NCBI GenBank assembly: GCA_051362555.1
Contig: CM120640.1
Coordinates: 34,553,967 to 34,617,966 of the forward strand
Direction of reading: 5' to 3'
DNA length: 64,000 bases
From: Lingula anatina
Lineage: Eukaryota; Animalia; Brachiopoda
Below are positions 1 to 13,637 of the stretch, piece after piece; positions within the stretch are counted from its first letter, which is position 1, and each line of letters opens with the position of its first letter. The position numbers were made by a program, and so were the translations under genes. Under the pieces are notes generated by a model. It did not search any database, had not been told where the DNA came from, and saw only the letters and a list, made by a program, of their open reading frames with translations.

Positions 1-540
1 AGTGACAAATACTTCAAGTGCATTACAAGTTTACAATATTAAATAAAGTTGAATTCAAATAATACAACAGCCCCTCTTGTTATTTTTTTAAACCTTAGAA
101 GCTATCTTAGAAGCAAAATTATCTAAAACTGCATATTCAAACCATAAAATGCTGATCAATTACATAATTGTCTACGTATAGCTTCTATATATATTAAAAA
201 ACAACAAACTTGCTTTTACTACTAATTCCAATATGGGGGTAACATCCCTGATGGCCTCACTGCTGACAGTGACAATGTCATTTATATCAGTTTAAAATGG
301 ATGACCTTGCCTTTGGTGGATACTGCTGAGAGGAAACCATTGATTTCCACACATTTCTGTATCTAGGGCCTTCATATCATAACACGGGGGCCCCCAGTGA
401 CCAGAGAGGACTGTGTAAAGGCAGTGCTTGGTATGGGAATGCAGAAAAAGTACACAAGTCCTATAAAACAGAGGATGGCTCATCCTCAGATTAATTATTG
501 ACTCAAAGTTCTCCAGCCTTGCAAGCCTCAGAAGGCTTTT

Positions 541-542
<2 letters not shown>

Positions 543-589
<47 letters not shown>
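543..589. repeat. Poly(A) tract
   Basis: Uninterrupted A run of ~47 nt. Confidence 0.9.
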
Positions 590-591
<2 letters not shown>

Positions 592-1298
592 TCACTTTTA
601 AGTCACTGCATGACAATATTTAGTAAGATGGGTATCATTTTCTTCTTGAACCCATTACGCACACACAAACATATAACAGAAGCAAGTTTTTTTTTTCTTA
701 CATGCTAACCTGGCTCCCTGAAAGCTCTGCAAGCAGAAACACTGCAAAATTTGCCAAGTACTTCCAATCTAGGTTTTGAATACTGACCACCTCACCCACC
801 CCAAAAACTTTATTTGCTTTTTATTTTACCTACATATTGAGCGACCCAAAATTTCCAGTTTGTTTGTCTGTAAACTTGGCCATAAACTATGTACCCAGAG
901 GCATTCAGCTGGTTATTTGTTCTGTATACTACGATATCGATTTGTGTATTGTCTCTATACCACAAATAACTCTACAATTGCATGTTCTTGTAATTACGCA
1001 GATTATTACTTACAGAACACTAGGAACAATGTCTCCATTCTAAGAATTACACATTTCATCACTTATTGGAAGACTGAAGAAAAATGTTTCAATGTGAAGA
1101 ATAATTTATAACAAAATAATTTGTGAATAACAAATACATATGCACTCCTTCCTTTACGTACAAATGTTAATTGGCTGGATTCTTTTCTAAAACACAGACT
1201 ATCTACTGGCTAGTGTTTAACACCCTGTACACTATACCCGATAACTCACACTACTTTCTGTCACACATGCTCCTCATTTATATGCCACCTCACTCACG

Positions 1299-1570
1299 AG
1301 CTGATGGATGCACATGCACAGGGCTGTGCCTCGAACATGCTTATTCCCACATATGCGATAACATGCTATCTCGTTTATTAGCTGGTGAATGCACATGCTA
1401 AGGTCTGCACCTCAGATACATTTCCACATGTATATGCAATAACATGCAGCCTAGCTAATGAGCTGATGAATGCACATGCATAGGCCTGCACCTCGAACAC
1501 ACATATTCCCACATATGCAATAACATGCAATCTCCCTCATGAGTTGATAAAATGCACATGCATAGAGCTG
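1299..1570. repeat. Degenerate minisatellite, ~81-bp unit, ~3.3 copies
   Basis: The motif gctgatgaatgcacatgc...cctcgaaca...tcccacatatgcaataacatgc recurs at ~1300, 1381, 1462 and 1543. Confidence 0.8.
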
Positions 1571-3245
1571 CTCATCTCACTAGCCTCTGATACTACCTAC
1601 TGCATGTGTTTCCTGTCTCATGTACTTGCATACGCACAAAGCCTACTAATGTCCACCCCACACACACCACCTCACACCCCACCTAACAGTTAAAGATGCA
1701 CACATATCCCCTCATACATGTCTCTGCAAGATCTTCTTGAACAATCAAGATGGGTTGATCAGTTTATGGCTACATTCAGAGAAGACAAACCCACCACGGC
1801 GCCAGAAAAGAGAAATTGTAGTTAACAAAGTAAAATCCCAAGGATCATAACTGTCAAGTAATTGCCTGCATTTCAATAGGATGCCTATGCACACACAGTG
1901 ACATTCAACCCACTGATTAATTAATTTGGTCAACGAATGTTTTGCTGTTACCATGTGTTAACCAAAATTGGACTACAGTTTAATAAATATCCTGAGACCC
2001 TGACTGAAGTAATTTATAGCCTGAACACAGGGCAGCCAGTGCAGAATCTCATGCTTAGGTATATTTATTCACTGAGTAAGCCATCCACTGGACAAACAAT
2101 GACCAATCAGCGACCCATATATTAGTGTGTTTTATAGCTCAAGTAGAAACTGATATCCTTCTCTACATATGGTGTCTGTATGGGATGAAGGACGTGCAAT
2201 TTGAACAATGTTCTGTTTTTAAGTGTAAACCTTCATAAAAAATCATAATCAAAAACAATATCAGATCAATCATAAACAAAAATTTTACAAAAATGCTAAT
2301 ATCAAGAAGCTATCTATAGTTGACCAAAAAAAAAGTGTGAAAACCATACTATCTCATTCCTCATCACAGAATCTTTAAAAAAATTCCAACAGAGGAATTC
2401 TTAACCTTTTCATCCCAGCAACCAACACACCCCAGCTGCAAGGCTGAAGTCAGATGAACAGCATAGCTTACAAATCAGTCCCATACCTACCCTGAGGAGG
2501 TCTGTGTTGAGCCAGTGTGCAGCCAACTTCACGGGGACTACTAGTTATTAGTAAACCAGGCTGCATATATACTACCACACAAACTTGAGGTGGTGAAATA
2601 TGATCATCCAAGGCACTTGTTTATTGAATTTAATATTATTATTATTAGAATGTTTGACAGTGTAATCAGCATAATCCAGGACTACGTATACAGGATAATT
2701 ATATCATAACATTTCCTTCTTATCTCTGAAATTGACAAAAAGACATATCAAAATCAATTAAATTGAGCAAAAGAAAAAAAGGGAAAAAAGAACAACTAGA
2801 GAGAAATAATGTGAAAGTAAAAAAAAAATGAAGCACAAAAGGGGAGTGAGAGAGGGGGGATTGCGATAAGATAAACATTGAAAATATGGAGTTCTAACAA
2901 AATACTTCTGTGACCAAAAAAAAAAAAAGGCAAACATCTGAATCAAAAATCTCTGAAGACTAGCCAAGTCTTCATCACAATCACATAACAGACATGCTCC
3001 TGGTGTAAAAAAAAAAAATCTGGAGGATTATTTTTCCCTGGATATCGCACCTGTAGAAGTAATGACAAAGAAAATCCAGACAGACCGATAAATCCAAATC
3101 CAAATCAATACTGGTAAGATGCACTCAAGGACACCTAGGCTCCTTCACAAAAATATATTCAATTTGCAACTGAGAACATAAATCTATAGGTAAAATATTC
3201 AAAGGTGTTGTATTTTTTAAAAGAATAAAGCAAAAACTGAGCCTT

Positions 3246-3759
3246 TAGGCCTACCCAACTAGCACACACGGCACTGAAAGATCCAGCATTCACCAGTATA
3301 TCAGATCATGGCAACAGTTTCCAAGGTGTGTATCAGCACACATTTTACAGTATCATACCTCACTATTTTGTACGACCACAGTCAGCTCTACCTGTCATCC
3401 AGTTATTGCACCTCATTTTTTGTCAAGTAGGGATTGTAAGAACACATAAGTCGTATTTACATAACATCGTTAGCCATGTTCAAACCTGAACATTATATTT
3501 AATTTATTAAAAATCATGGTATTGTACGATTTATTATATAAAATAGGGAAAATAGCAGTAGTGCATGAATTTTGATGAGTTACACTACTTTCAAACCCCA
3601 CGGAGAATCATCGCTATCACATGACGTACCCGACAAGAGGGTGCCACGTCTGATGTTTTGAAGTGTGTCCTCATATACACCTTTAAAACTGGTAGCACCA
3701 TCCAATGTACGGTGAATTCTGGATCATTCAGTGCTGTGTCTGGTAGTTGGGTAGGCCTA
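3246..3759. mobile_element. Non-autonomous DNA transposon (MITE) with ~100-bp imperfect terminal inverted repeats
   Basis: The left end taggcctacccaactagcacacacggcactgaaagatccagcattcacc is the inverted match of the right end ggtgaattctggatcattcagtgctgtgtctggtagttgggtaggccta. Superfamily not assignable. Confidence 0.7.
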
Positions 3760-6700
3760 GCAATTGTTTGGTATAATATGAAAAATTAAAAGTGCATTCA
3801 GTCTTCAGACCCAACAAAATGTAGTTCATTTTTGGACGAAATCAATAGTCCGTGTCTCCAAATCAACATATAAGTGTCTCACATTTGCTCACAAATGCCC
3901 ATGATATCATTTACTGCACAGGGAAGTAGAGCAACATCTTCAAAAGTTCACTTGGTGCCTGATCGAAGTCCAATAAACATAAGAATAGCCACGGTGACAC
4001 AATCATCCCTCCATTATTAAACGCTTTCTCTAGGTGCTAAATTAAGGAAAGTATGATTAGCTATGCTGGTGACCCTTACTTCCATAACATCTCTTCACAA
4101 CTTTCATCTATATCTCATGAAAAGTGACTATGACAGACCTCGATGAGGTACGCCGACATAGAGAACCAAGTAGATAGAACCAGTCTGATAGAACCATTTC
4201 CCAACAGGACACAAATATTAAATTGAACAGCTCTGTATTCTTTTTACAACCATATGCTTTGATGTACATAGCATACACTGTTTATTGCAGATTCATTTAG
4301 TAGCAAACCATGATAAAACCATGGCACACACTTGATTGTGTCAGGATGACGCAGCTTTCATCTACCATAATGTTTCATGGTAATATAGTTGGATGAATTA
4401 ATATTATTTTCTGTCATTTCCTTCATGTTTGTATGTGTTGTGACTTTCCAAATTTTCAAATGAGTGCACCTTGAGTGTGGAAGTTAAGTCAATAAACAGT
4501 TTTGTCTTCACGTGCAATGGAAGTTATCCCAGCTGAAAACGATGCTGTCGAGAGACAGCGTGAATTCATATGAGAGTCGAAGACTAGCAAACGTGTGAGA
4601 ATCCACATAGACTAGAGTAAGGTGGAGCTAACCTTTGAGCAACAGGAGTGAAACTGTATGCACCAAGAATATTGTCTTTGACAAAAATATAAAAGTAATG
4701 CGCAAAACATGGCAAATACAAACTGTTGCGCAAACTTGTTTCACTTATCCATTGCCACATCACAACTTCTAGCCTGTCATTATTACTGTCCCTGCTTTCG
4801 TCCAAATCACGAAAAATCTCATTTAATTTTATGCCAAGTCGCTAGACTTTGGACCATCTTGGATGGTTACCATTAACAATGACAGATACACATTCAGCAG
4901 CCATGTGACGTCCTTAGCAGGCTAAAGTTAGATAGACATCTATCATACAGATACACCTGTCACTGCAGATGGGTTTTAAAATGGTGACAATGAAGGTTTC
5001 CTGTAATTCATTAGGACAGCGTGTCAATCGAATTTGATATCCTGAGAGTGAAGAATGAATACAATCAAGAGTTGTATGTACTGTAACAATTGCCCTTTGA
5101 GCAACTGGATCACACAATGTCATGCCTACAGCAGAGAAAAAATGCAATTTTTTTTTCTGTTAAGAAAACAATCAGTTAGGGTTTGCTCAATATCAGGCAT
5201 GAGCCTGAAAAATGGCGAAAAAGTCGGTGCTTTTCAAAGACCAAATATTCCAATCAAGATCAGTCATTATGTCATTGCGTATCATGTTGTTGACTGAGGG
5301 AGGTTTCAAACCCCTGTGAAAGGACTCTGTGTACATTGTCAATAAAGGGGTTTGCAATTCACGCAACCTTTCTATCCTCGGCAAATATTGCACATTCCGC
5401 TGATGCAGTTATGCAAATATTTTCAAAACTGTTTTACAATACTCTAATTCTAAAAATACCAGACCATTGTAATCCACACTGACAGACAGACCTACCTTTT
5501 TATGGCGTCTGATCAAAGTGCTTCACTAGAAACCAAACTGATGTCCAATTTACAGTAGCCCGCCGCTCCCACGGGGTTTATAAATACAATATAATATAAA
5601 ACAAAAATACATCTGAGTGGGAAATCATTCATTTTTTTCTTTCTGATATTATCATTATTGTTGCTGCTATGCTTTACTTAAAATATTTGAAAAAATTTTT
5701 AGTGATATTGAGAGAAAAAAAAAAAAAACGCTGGCATGTTAAGCTAGAGGTAAAAGAAAAATTTGATATTTATGAAAAAATGCTAGTAGTGTTACCCTTA
5801 ACTTATATATTTTCCTTTTATAGAGCAAACTTTATGTTACCTATCACTGCATGCCAAATGGCCTTAAGTATTTTGTTTGTTTCGTCCAAAATAGCTGAAA
5901 GCTAAATTTAGACATGGTCTGTATGAAGATATAATCACCATACCTGGGACGGAAAAACACGATTCAATTTTCATAAAATGTATGAACTTAATTCGCTTAG
6001 ACTGAGAGCAAAACTAAAGATTTCCCTTTGAAATTGAACATGAGAAGAAATGTGAGGATCTGTTTGCATTCATGGTTCAAAATAAATATTATTGCTGTCT
6101 CTTTTCAGCCTATCCCCTTCTGCGGAAAGCAAAGCACATGTCAGGTTTTACAACTAATAAACAACAAATTGAAATGGTGTTTAAACATGCTTGTTCTTCT
6201 GTGTGTTGGGTGTGTTGCTTCTCATAACAAAGCATTACAGTTAGGTAAATCAATTGGCCAGCATGGAAGCACATCTGCTAGACTAATACAGACTAAGAGA
6301 CAGGATACAGCAAACAAAGGTACATTTACACAATTGTAATTTGGATTGACACTCATGCATACATGGTGTGCTAAAGTTTTAAAACTGAATGCAACAGATA
6401 TAGTTTTTAAAATTATTTGCATGTCAATTGTCTTGGGGCAAACTGAAATGCAGTCGTAGCCCATACTTGTAATGATGTCCAAACACAAACAAATGTACAT
6501 GCGCTCCTGGATCATCCTAGACTTGCATCTATTTTCCAGAGTAATCACACCTTTCGCAAAGATACACAGCACACTCCCAGTTCAAAATGTTTAGACAGAA
6601 GCATGAAAATGCCAAGCGTCAAATTAGCTACTTTCAATTCCATCTTTGAGGAGCTATTTGGCAGGCATCCCAAGTTGTATGACCCTAGCCTTCCTGAAAT

Positions 6701-7490
6701 ATCAGCTTTTACTACCTCTGAAGTACCAGTTCCTTCCTTTTTCAACCATGTGCTCTGCCACGCTTAGAGTATTTGAAGGATAGAAGCAATTAATTTATAA
6801 AAGCAAGGGTATAAAATATATGGCAGGAGGAAGAACATTCAAATAAGGTCACAGAGTTGTTGCACTAGATTTGTTAGCTGAGACTTGGGGGGGGGGGGGA
6901 GATCAAAGTAAGACAAACATTTAAATACTAAAAATTGGAAAAAAATAAATAAATAACTGGACAATATTCAAATACATGGACTATAACCTCCAGCAATCCA
7001 GTTGCACCTATGCTGCCCATTTGCTTTTCACCACAAAAATGTGCCTGTCATACCTAACAGGATGGCACCAGTAACATTTGTCCAATCTGACTCACATGCC
7101 CCACTCCACAGAATCAGAATAAAAGTCCTCTCACTCCAATGCACAGGGGTACCTTTTTTTTCCCCCTCCTGAAACCCTAGCCCCATTTTTTACACATGAA
7201 CTTAATGCAATTGTCATCAGGACAGACTTGAGTAGGTCCCCTCTGTTTAGTCTTCCTTACATGCTGTGATCATTGTTAATCCAATCATGAAGTCAGCTTA
7301 CACATCCACTTGCCAATAACCCTCTCCCGTTTCCCACAGCCTAACACCTATTTACACAAAACCACTACCTCCAGTCCTATAGCGTTCCTCAAGTTGTTCA
7401 ACTTGTGTTGGGAGAACAAGCAAAGAAGTTGGAGTGTATTACTTCATGCAGAGAATTTACAAATGACAAGATACTCATCTGATTGGAGAG

Positions 7491-7528
<38 letters not shown>

Positions 7529-8703
7529 AGGTCAATTCAACTGGTTGATATCAGGAGTGCACCAAGCTTGTTTTTGGGATCCTCCAGGATTTTATTTGTT
7601 TAAACCCAGCTTTTTGGTAAGACTAGGTGGGAGTAATAACCAGCTTCTAGCCTTTTGATGTGTATTTGGAAATTGGAGACAAGTGGCAGTACAGGTCAAA
7701 GACACATTGATGTAAAATACAAGAGATAGAAGCACATTATATGGAAGGGGGGGTGATGTAAATCAGACCCATAACTGCCATTACGACATATCACAGTAGG
7801 TTCACTTCTTCAAAAAGAGAGAGCAATCCAATTACATAAAAGACAATCTCTTCATCCTGACCTTCAGAGCTAGTCAGTAAGTATCCTTTGTTACATAAAT
7901 TATCAATCCTCCTGATAGAACATCCACTTTAGAACATTGGAAAGAATGAAGGAGCCACCCAACTGTCAATAATGACTAATTCTGGGACTATTTTAGACAT
8001 GTAATTTAATTGTATTTCTTTTTTTCGTGTTCTTGTGCCAGAAACGCCAGTGCCCTCACAGCAGCTCCACCCAGGTCACCATGACACTTCCACGATTCAT
8101 AATGGAACAGACCTTATTCCATCATGTTATGATTTGGACATATATCAAAACTAACTATGCCAATATGGATTCAAATTTACCCAACCATGGGACTGGTCTT
8201 GCATTCTATACTTCAGCCGCAGACAAACTGAGCTTAATTGCACTTCATGTATAATATTTCTCTTTGAGGAGAGATCCATTGCACTCTTTTAATGCGGTTA
8301 TCAAGGTATCAGTTCAGTTCCCAGAGAATGAAAATCCCAAATGAGCGAACCTGATGCTGAGTTTGTCCAAGAATGCAGTAAATGGGTTTAAACAATAAAT
8401 CATGGAGTCCTACAAAGTTTCAACTTTCTTCTGCTTTCTAAATGGTTTTCATACCCACATGATGTCTTCACGTAGGCATTCCTGTACTAGAGATACCAAC
8501 AGCAACCACTTCTGAAACATGGCTTTTGTGATTCCAACATGTTTCGAACCAAAACAATGTACATCAAAGGGCCCCCAGCGTAAGTCTGAATGTATGCAGA
8601 TGGAATATGAGCTGATGATGCATTACAGTAGTTTATTTCTCATCTTATTTCATGATATGAACCAAAAACTTTTTTAAATGTACAAAATGCAAAATTTTAT
8701 ACC

Positions 8704-8704
<1 letters not shown>

Positions 8705-8751
<47 letters not shown>
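8705..8751. repeat. (AAT)n microsatellite
   Basis: About 15 perfect units; explains the poly-N ORF 8678..8944. Confidence 0.95.
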
Positions 8752-8754
<3 letters not shown>

Positions 8755-11700
8755 TATAGGCTCTCCATATCAGAGTGCATCAAATTCAAGTTCATTCAAG
8801 GGATTCATTGGTAAACCAGAAAAAGCACTTTACTCAGGCTATGTACCTGCATTCCAATCACTTGACACAGGTATATTTGGTACACCTAGGTTCCTGCTTG
8901 GAAAAACTCCAATACCGTTAATTAATAATATGTACCAGGAATGACAGACAGAAAAACAGGCCTTTGAACCTTAATTTATAAGTGGGTTTAGCTATATTAA
9001 ATTTAGCCGCTCTAAACAACCTTGGGTATGTTCACACGGGTAAGGTAAAATGCAGTCCGATACATTTTATGTGATGTCATATCAATAAGTTAGTAGTCAG
9101 CCCAGCAAAAGTTCACCTGACTGTACTGGACACAGATGTTTAAGGGCAGATAACTATTTGGCTGCAAACTGTGTCATTTCTAATATGTCATTAGCGCACT
9201 TCAGAGTCCGAACCCAATTTTTTTCTGCGTGGCATGAACGCATTTCAACTATGCTCCAACCTACCTGTGAGACGTAATGGTAATTTGTTCAGATGTTTTA
9301 TCTGACCATCTACTCACCCTGAAATGTGAACCCTGCCAGTCAAAAACTGCACAGAATTACTGGAATATTCTCTGAAAAAAGGCATTAACATGGACCAGAC
9401 AGTCTGAATCGTTTAAACCAGAATATTGGTTGAAAACATGATACGGTTCTATGTTTAAACTTTGAAAAATTCATTATAAGACACTCAGCTTTCCTCGGGG
9501 CTTATTCATAAGCGGCCAAATACAAAGATGCTGTATACATGAGAATAAATTCTTACAAAGTATTCATACCAAAATGTGTAATCTGAACACAAGGCTGAAA
9601 AGATGTAATTCAGCTTTATCCAGAAACGAACTAGTTATGTCTAAAAGTTACTATTCCTGAAAGAATACACACTGAACAATTTCTCAGGTTCTGAAAAACA
9701 ATGCCATCAGAGTGATTTAATGCCTTGCATATTCTTGATATGTCCCTCAAACAAAGAAAAAGAGTCCAAACAAATGGTGATTGTAATAAATTTCAAATAC
9801 AAGCCAACGCATGTCAGCAAGAACCACAAACACCCTGGCAGTGGCAAAAGGTTCTGGGGCATCAAAAACCCTCCATTGTACTCCAACTGACTTCCAGCAG
9901 CAAAGTGTTTGGTTGCTTTCATTTCAGGAAAAAAACACTGCATAATGTATTAAGATCACAACCAATGTCAAACAGCAAACACTTGGATGGACCACAATGC
10001 ATTACAAATGGACCCGAAACACCTGTATTTGTTGCTTAACCTTATTCTATAGAGACTGAGCAGTGTTTTCATTTGGGAGCACTAAGTGACTGGCGTTGCT
10101 GAATATCAAAGTGTTATATGATTGTATTGCAATTCACCAAACGTCATCTGGTATTCTGGATATTATTTATGTGTGAAAGGAGAGATCCCCTGGGGTTTTC
10201 TTAATTGAATGAAGGAGAGGTAGCTACTACCTGAAGCAATATAGGATATCAACCAAATACAGGCTCCTACATATGATGGCCAAGTACATGGCCAAGAGAG
10301 AAATGTATTAGCCTAGACATGTTAATGTAACTGTCAGGCCCTTAATGAATGGTCATTTTACTGAATGACCATTTTGGCAAAGACCCTAAATACCAGTGAC
10401 TCAGCATAAGATGCCACAGTTCCTCAAATCCATCTTTTGGGTAAAGAAAAAGACCACTCATAAAAGCCTAAAGGTCTCAAAATAATGATGTCTTGGCAAT
10501 GCAATTTATTTTTTATACTAATAAATATCATCAAAAGCAGACCTCTTACAATCTTAAGGTTGGACACTAGTTTCTTTTCAGATGGTGTAGTAAATTTGAA
10601 GCAGTTATGTATAATATAAAACACTTGTGGATATTGGCAGACACACCTCTTTAACTTTTAACCAAGAACTTCTTGATTAGTATTGGATCACAGATTAATA
10701 AACAAAAACCCAGTCCGATTAAAAAAAAGATCTTACAAAACACTTAAAATAGGCATCAAAAAGTTTTATTGACTCGGAACAAAATTCTTTACACCAAAGA
10801 TGGCATCCAAAAATTTATATTGACCTGCAAATTGATTTTTCTCTCATACAGGGTCTGTCAGTTAATACTAGGCCATAGTTTACTGTACAATGAACCATCT
10901 TGGGTCAGGGGCAAGGGGACGAGGGTTTTACACCTATCAATAGACTCCCAGAGATATAATAATGTTAGAATAAAGCAAAACAAACTTGTTAAAAACAATA
11001 AACAGTTGTTTAACAAAATTTCTCATTAATTGTATTTCTCTGGTCCTTTGTTTTGTTATAATTTTTCTCAAAGTGAATATAACAGAATAGAAAAGAAGCC
11101 TGATCAATACTGCTTGTCTTTTGAGAGTTTCCTAAAACAGGAAATGCTGAGCACAGCCCACACTCAATTAAATCTCCACAAAGCCTGGTGATTCTTTTTT
11201 TCTTTTCTGTTCTATGATGAATGACTCAATGACAATAGTTGCAGTCTTATCTCTTTTGTATTTTATTTTGTACTGTGTATAAACGACTATAAAAAATCCA
11301 TTCTAAAACTAATTTTGGAAAAGGTTCCACTGTGGCAACCCAATCAGCAAATTACATTAATAAAATATTATTAATACAATTCCTTCATTCAAATTATTCA
11401 TTCAACAGAGCTCTACTGAGCATAATGGCACTTTTACATCATTATTATACATCGTGTAAACGCATTTTAATCAGGAAAGAGAATGATCCCTCCCCTCAGT
11501 TTAACTTTCTCCACATAACTCCAAAGATTCAAGATACCAATTTCTGAAAATTCAACCCACATCAAGCAACTTATACTGGTAAAATAGAGGATATAATCCA
11601 AGGAGAAGAGGCAATCCCTTCTCTGATCTATACTTCATCTGAAGATGCATTTCTAGGCAAATGATGATTTCTAAACTTAAGTTTACATCACCTCAGCAGA

Positions 11701-13569
11701 CCATGATGTTTTTATGGTTTCTAACCACAAAAGGCCAATACACTGGCTAAACACCTCATTCATCATGGTGGCGTTAGGGAAAGTTTTGATGAGTAGTGTT
11801 TTCTTATGATTAGAAAATCTAATCATACTGTCTGCCAAATTAGTCCGTTTTAAGTTAAGCCATAAAAAAACTTGACTGGAAATGCAACCTTAAAGCAATA
11901 TGTCACCTTCAAGTTAGCACTTCAAGAAAGTGTGACTGATATATATGTGTGTGTGTGGTAGACAGCCTCTGCTTCAGGCTGGAGAGAATCAAGGTGCTAG
12001 GCAAGATGTGACTGGAATAGTCAAACACAGCCAGCTTGGGATCTCGGCAACAGAGGACAGGCTCTTGTAATGATGACTTGATAAGACCACGGGTGTTCAA
12101 CATTGCCACTTCTGGTGATACTAGATTGTGATTATGTGGAAAAAATGTGTTAATTAGCCAACATCTGGCTACCGCTGTCACCAGATGGAGGATTTTGATG
12201 AAACAGAAAAAGAAAAGTAAAAGACAAATGGGAGTATTTATTACAGCAAGGCATCCCATCACTGTAATCGGATGGAGTGGGATGAGAGAAAGATAATTCT
12301 ATTGGGCAATATGCTTATGATAATAAAGTACATATACATATAATACAGTCTATCTTTAATGGTCCTAACACACTTTTACAAAAGCTATGACCTAACAAAT
12401 AAATACAGTACCATACTGGGCTGCTCTTCATCTATTGCACTTAGTGCCCACAGTTAGTTTTAGCATCTTATCATAATCTCTTAATCCCTTGAGAATTCAT
12501 TATGCACTGCAACACTCATGCAATTATTACAATACTATCCATATACTGCACACTTCAGTCAATCCTACACAAGTTACTCATCTTCCTCGGTTTGAACTAG
12601 GCCGAGATAGAACAAAACAATATGAAACAGAAAATAAAAATAAAAAAAAAACGTGCCAAACTTGTCTGAAATTTTCAGGCTTTTAATGACTGACATTGTT
12701 GGCTTTGAAATTCTATATGTGAGAAGGAAAATACAGATGCCTAGTGTGTGGTCTGCACACAATTTTAAGATAATAAACAATTATTTGAAAACAATTATGT
12801 AATATAATTTTTGGTTTTTCTAATACTTACTTTTTTCTTTCATAAGAGATGTAAATGAAAACTGAGGCATTATTCAGGCTTCATAAAAATTACCTATCTT
12901 TTGGGTGGGGTGGGGTGGGAAGGGGTGGGGATGTATTTTGGCAATAAAAAAAATGGATGAAACCTCCACTGACGCCACATTTGGGATGCCTCGACCATTG
13001 AAATTAGGCAATTCCACTTCAAAGACCACCATTTTGCTAGAGGTTGACTCATGAGAGTCAGGTCAGACAAGTTTCAGCTATCACCTCTCTTCCAGTAAAC
13101 CAGATTGGGTAATGTCATTACACAAGGGGACGTTGCATTCAGTAGTGCAAAAAAGCCTTTCCAAAACCAAAGATCCACTTTCAATGCATAACCTTAGTTC
13201 ACCCAGTCTCAAAAGTGGTGTAGGATCTAAAGGTGTATCTACCAGCATACAAATCAGCTGAAATGCTAGGCAAGTTGCTGTGGTTTCCAAAAACCTGAAT
13301 CTCTGATCAGAATTAAGTGTCCAACATTCAGATAGATCTCTCAGTAACTCTGTCAAAAATTACAAAACTGCACAGGCAATTATTTCCAGATAGGCAAGGA
13401 AGAGCCAGAACTCCTTCTGCAAACTGCATTTATCTACACATGTCAAAACACTTATTTCTGGTGATGCTCCCATCTCTGGTCCAACCTACACAATGTCTGC
13501 AATTCCAATCATGGTTTAGAAGACAAAAATCTGGTTTCAGTAATGTGTGTATGAAAAGAGGGCTTTGAG

Positions 13570-13637
13570 AATTTAGTTAAATTTAGTTAAATTACCTATA
13601 TTTAGTTAAATTACCTAAATTTAGTTAAATTACCTAT
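13570..13637. repeat. Short tandem repeat (tttagttaaattaccta-type unit, ~20 bp)
   Basis: tttagttaaa(ttaccta) is repeated 4 times. Confidence 0.8.

Noticed and set aside
1171-1570. 81-bp repeat as a coding Cys/His-rich repeat
   Set aside because: Stops interrupt the plus-strand ORF frame and all three minus-strand frames.
7310-7603. Poly-proline ORF
   Set aside because: Produced by a C homopolymer (~7492-7527).
9024-9337. Possible Harbinger MITE (GGGTATGTTCACA...TGTGAACCCTGCC)
   Set aside because: The TIR match is short with several mismatches and no TSD.
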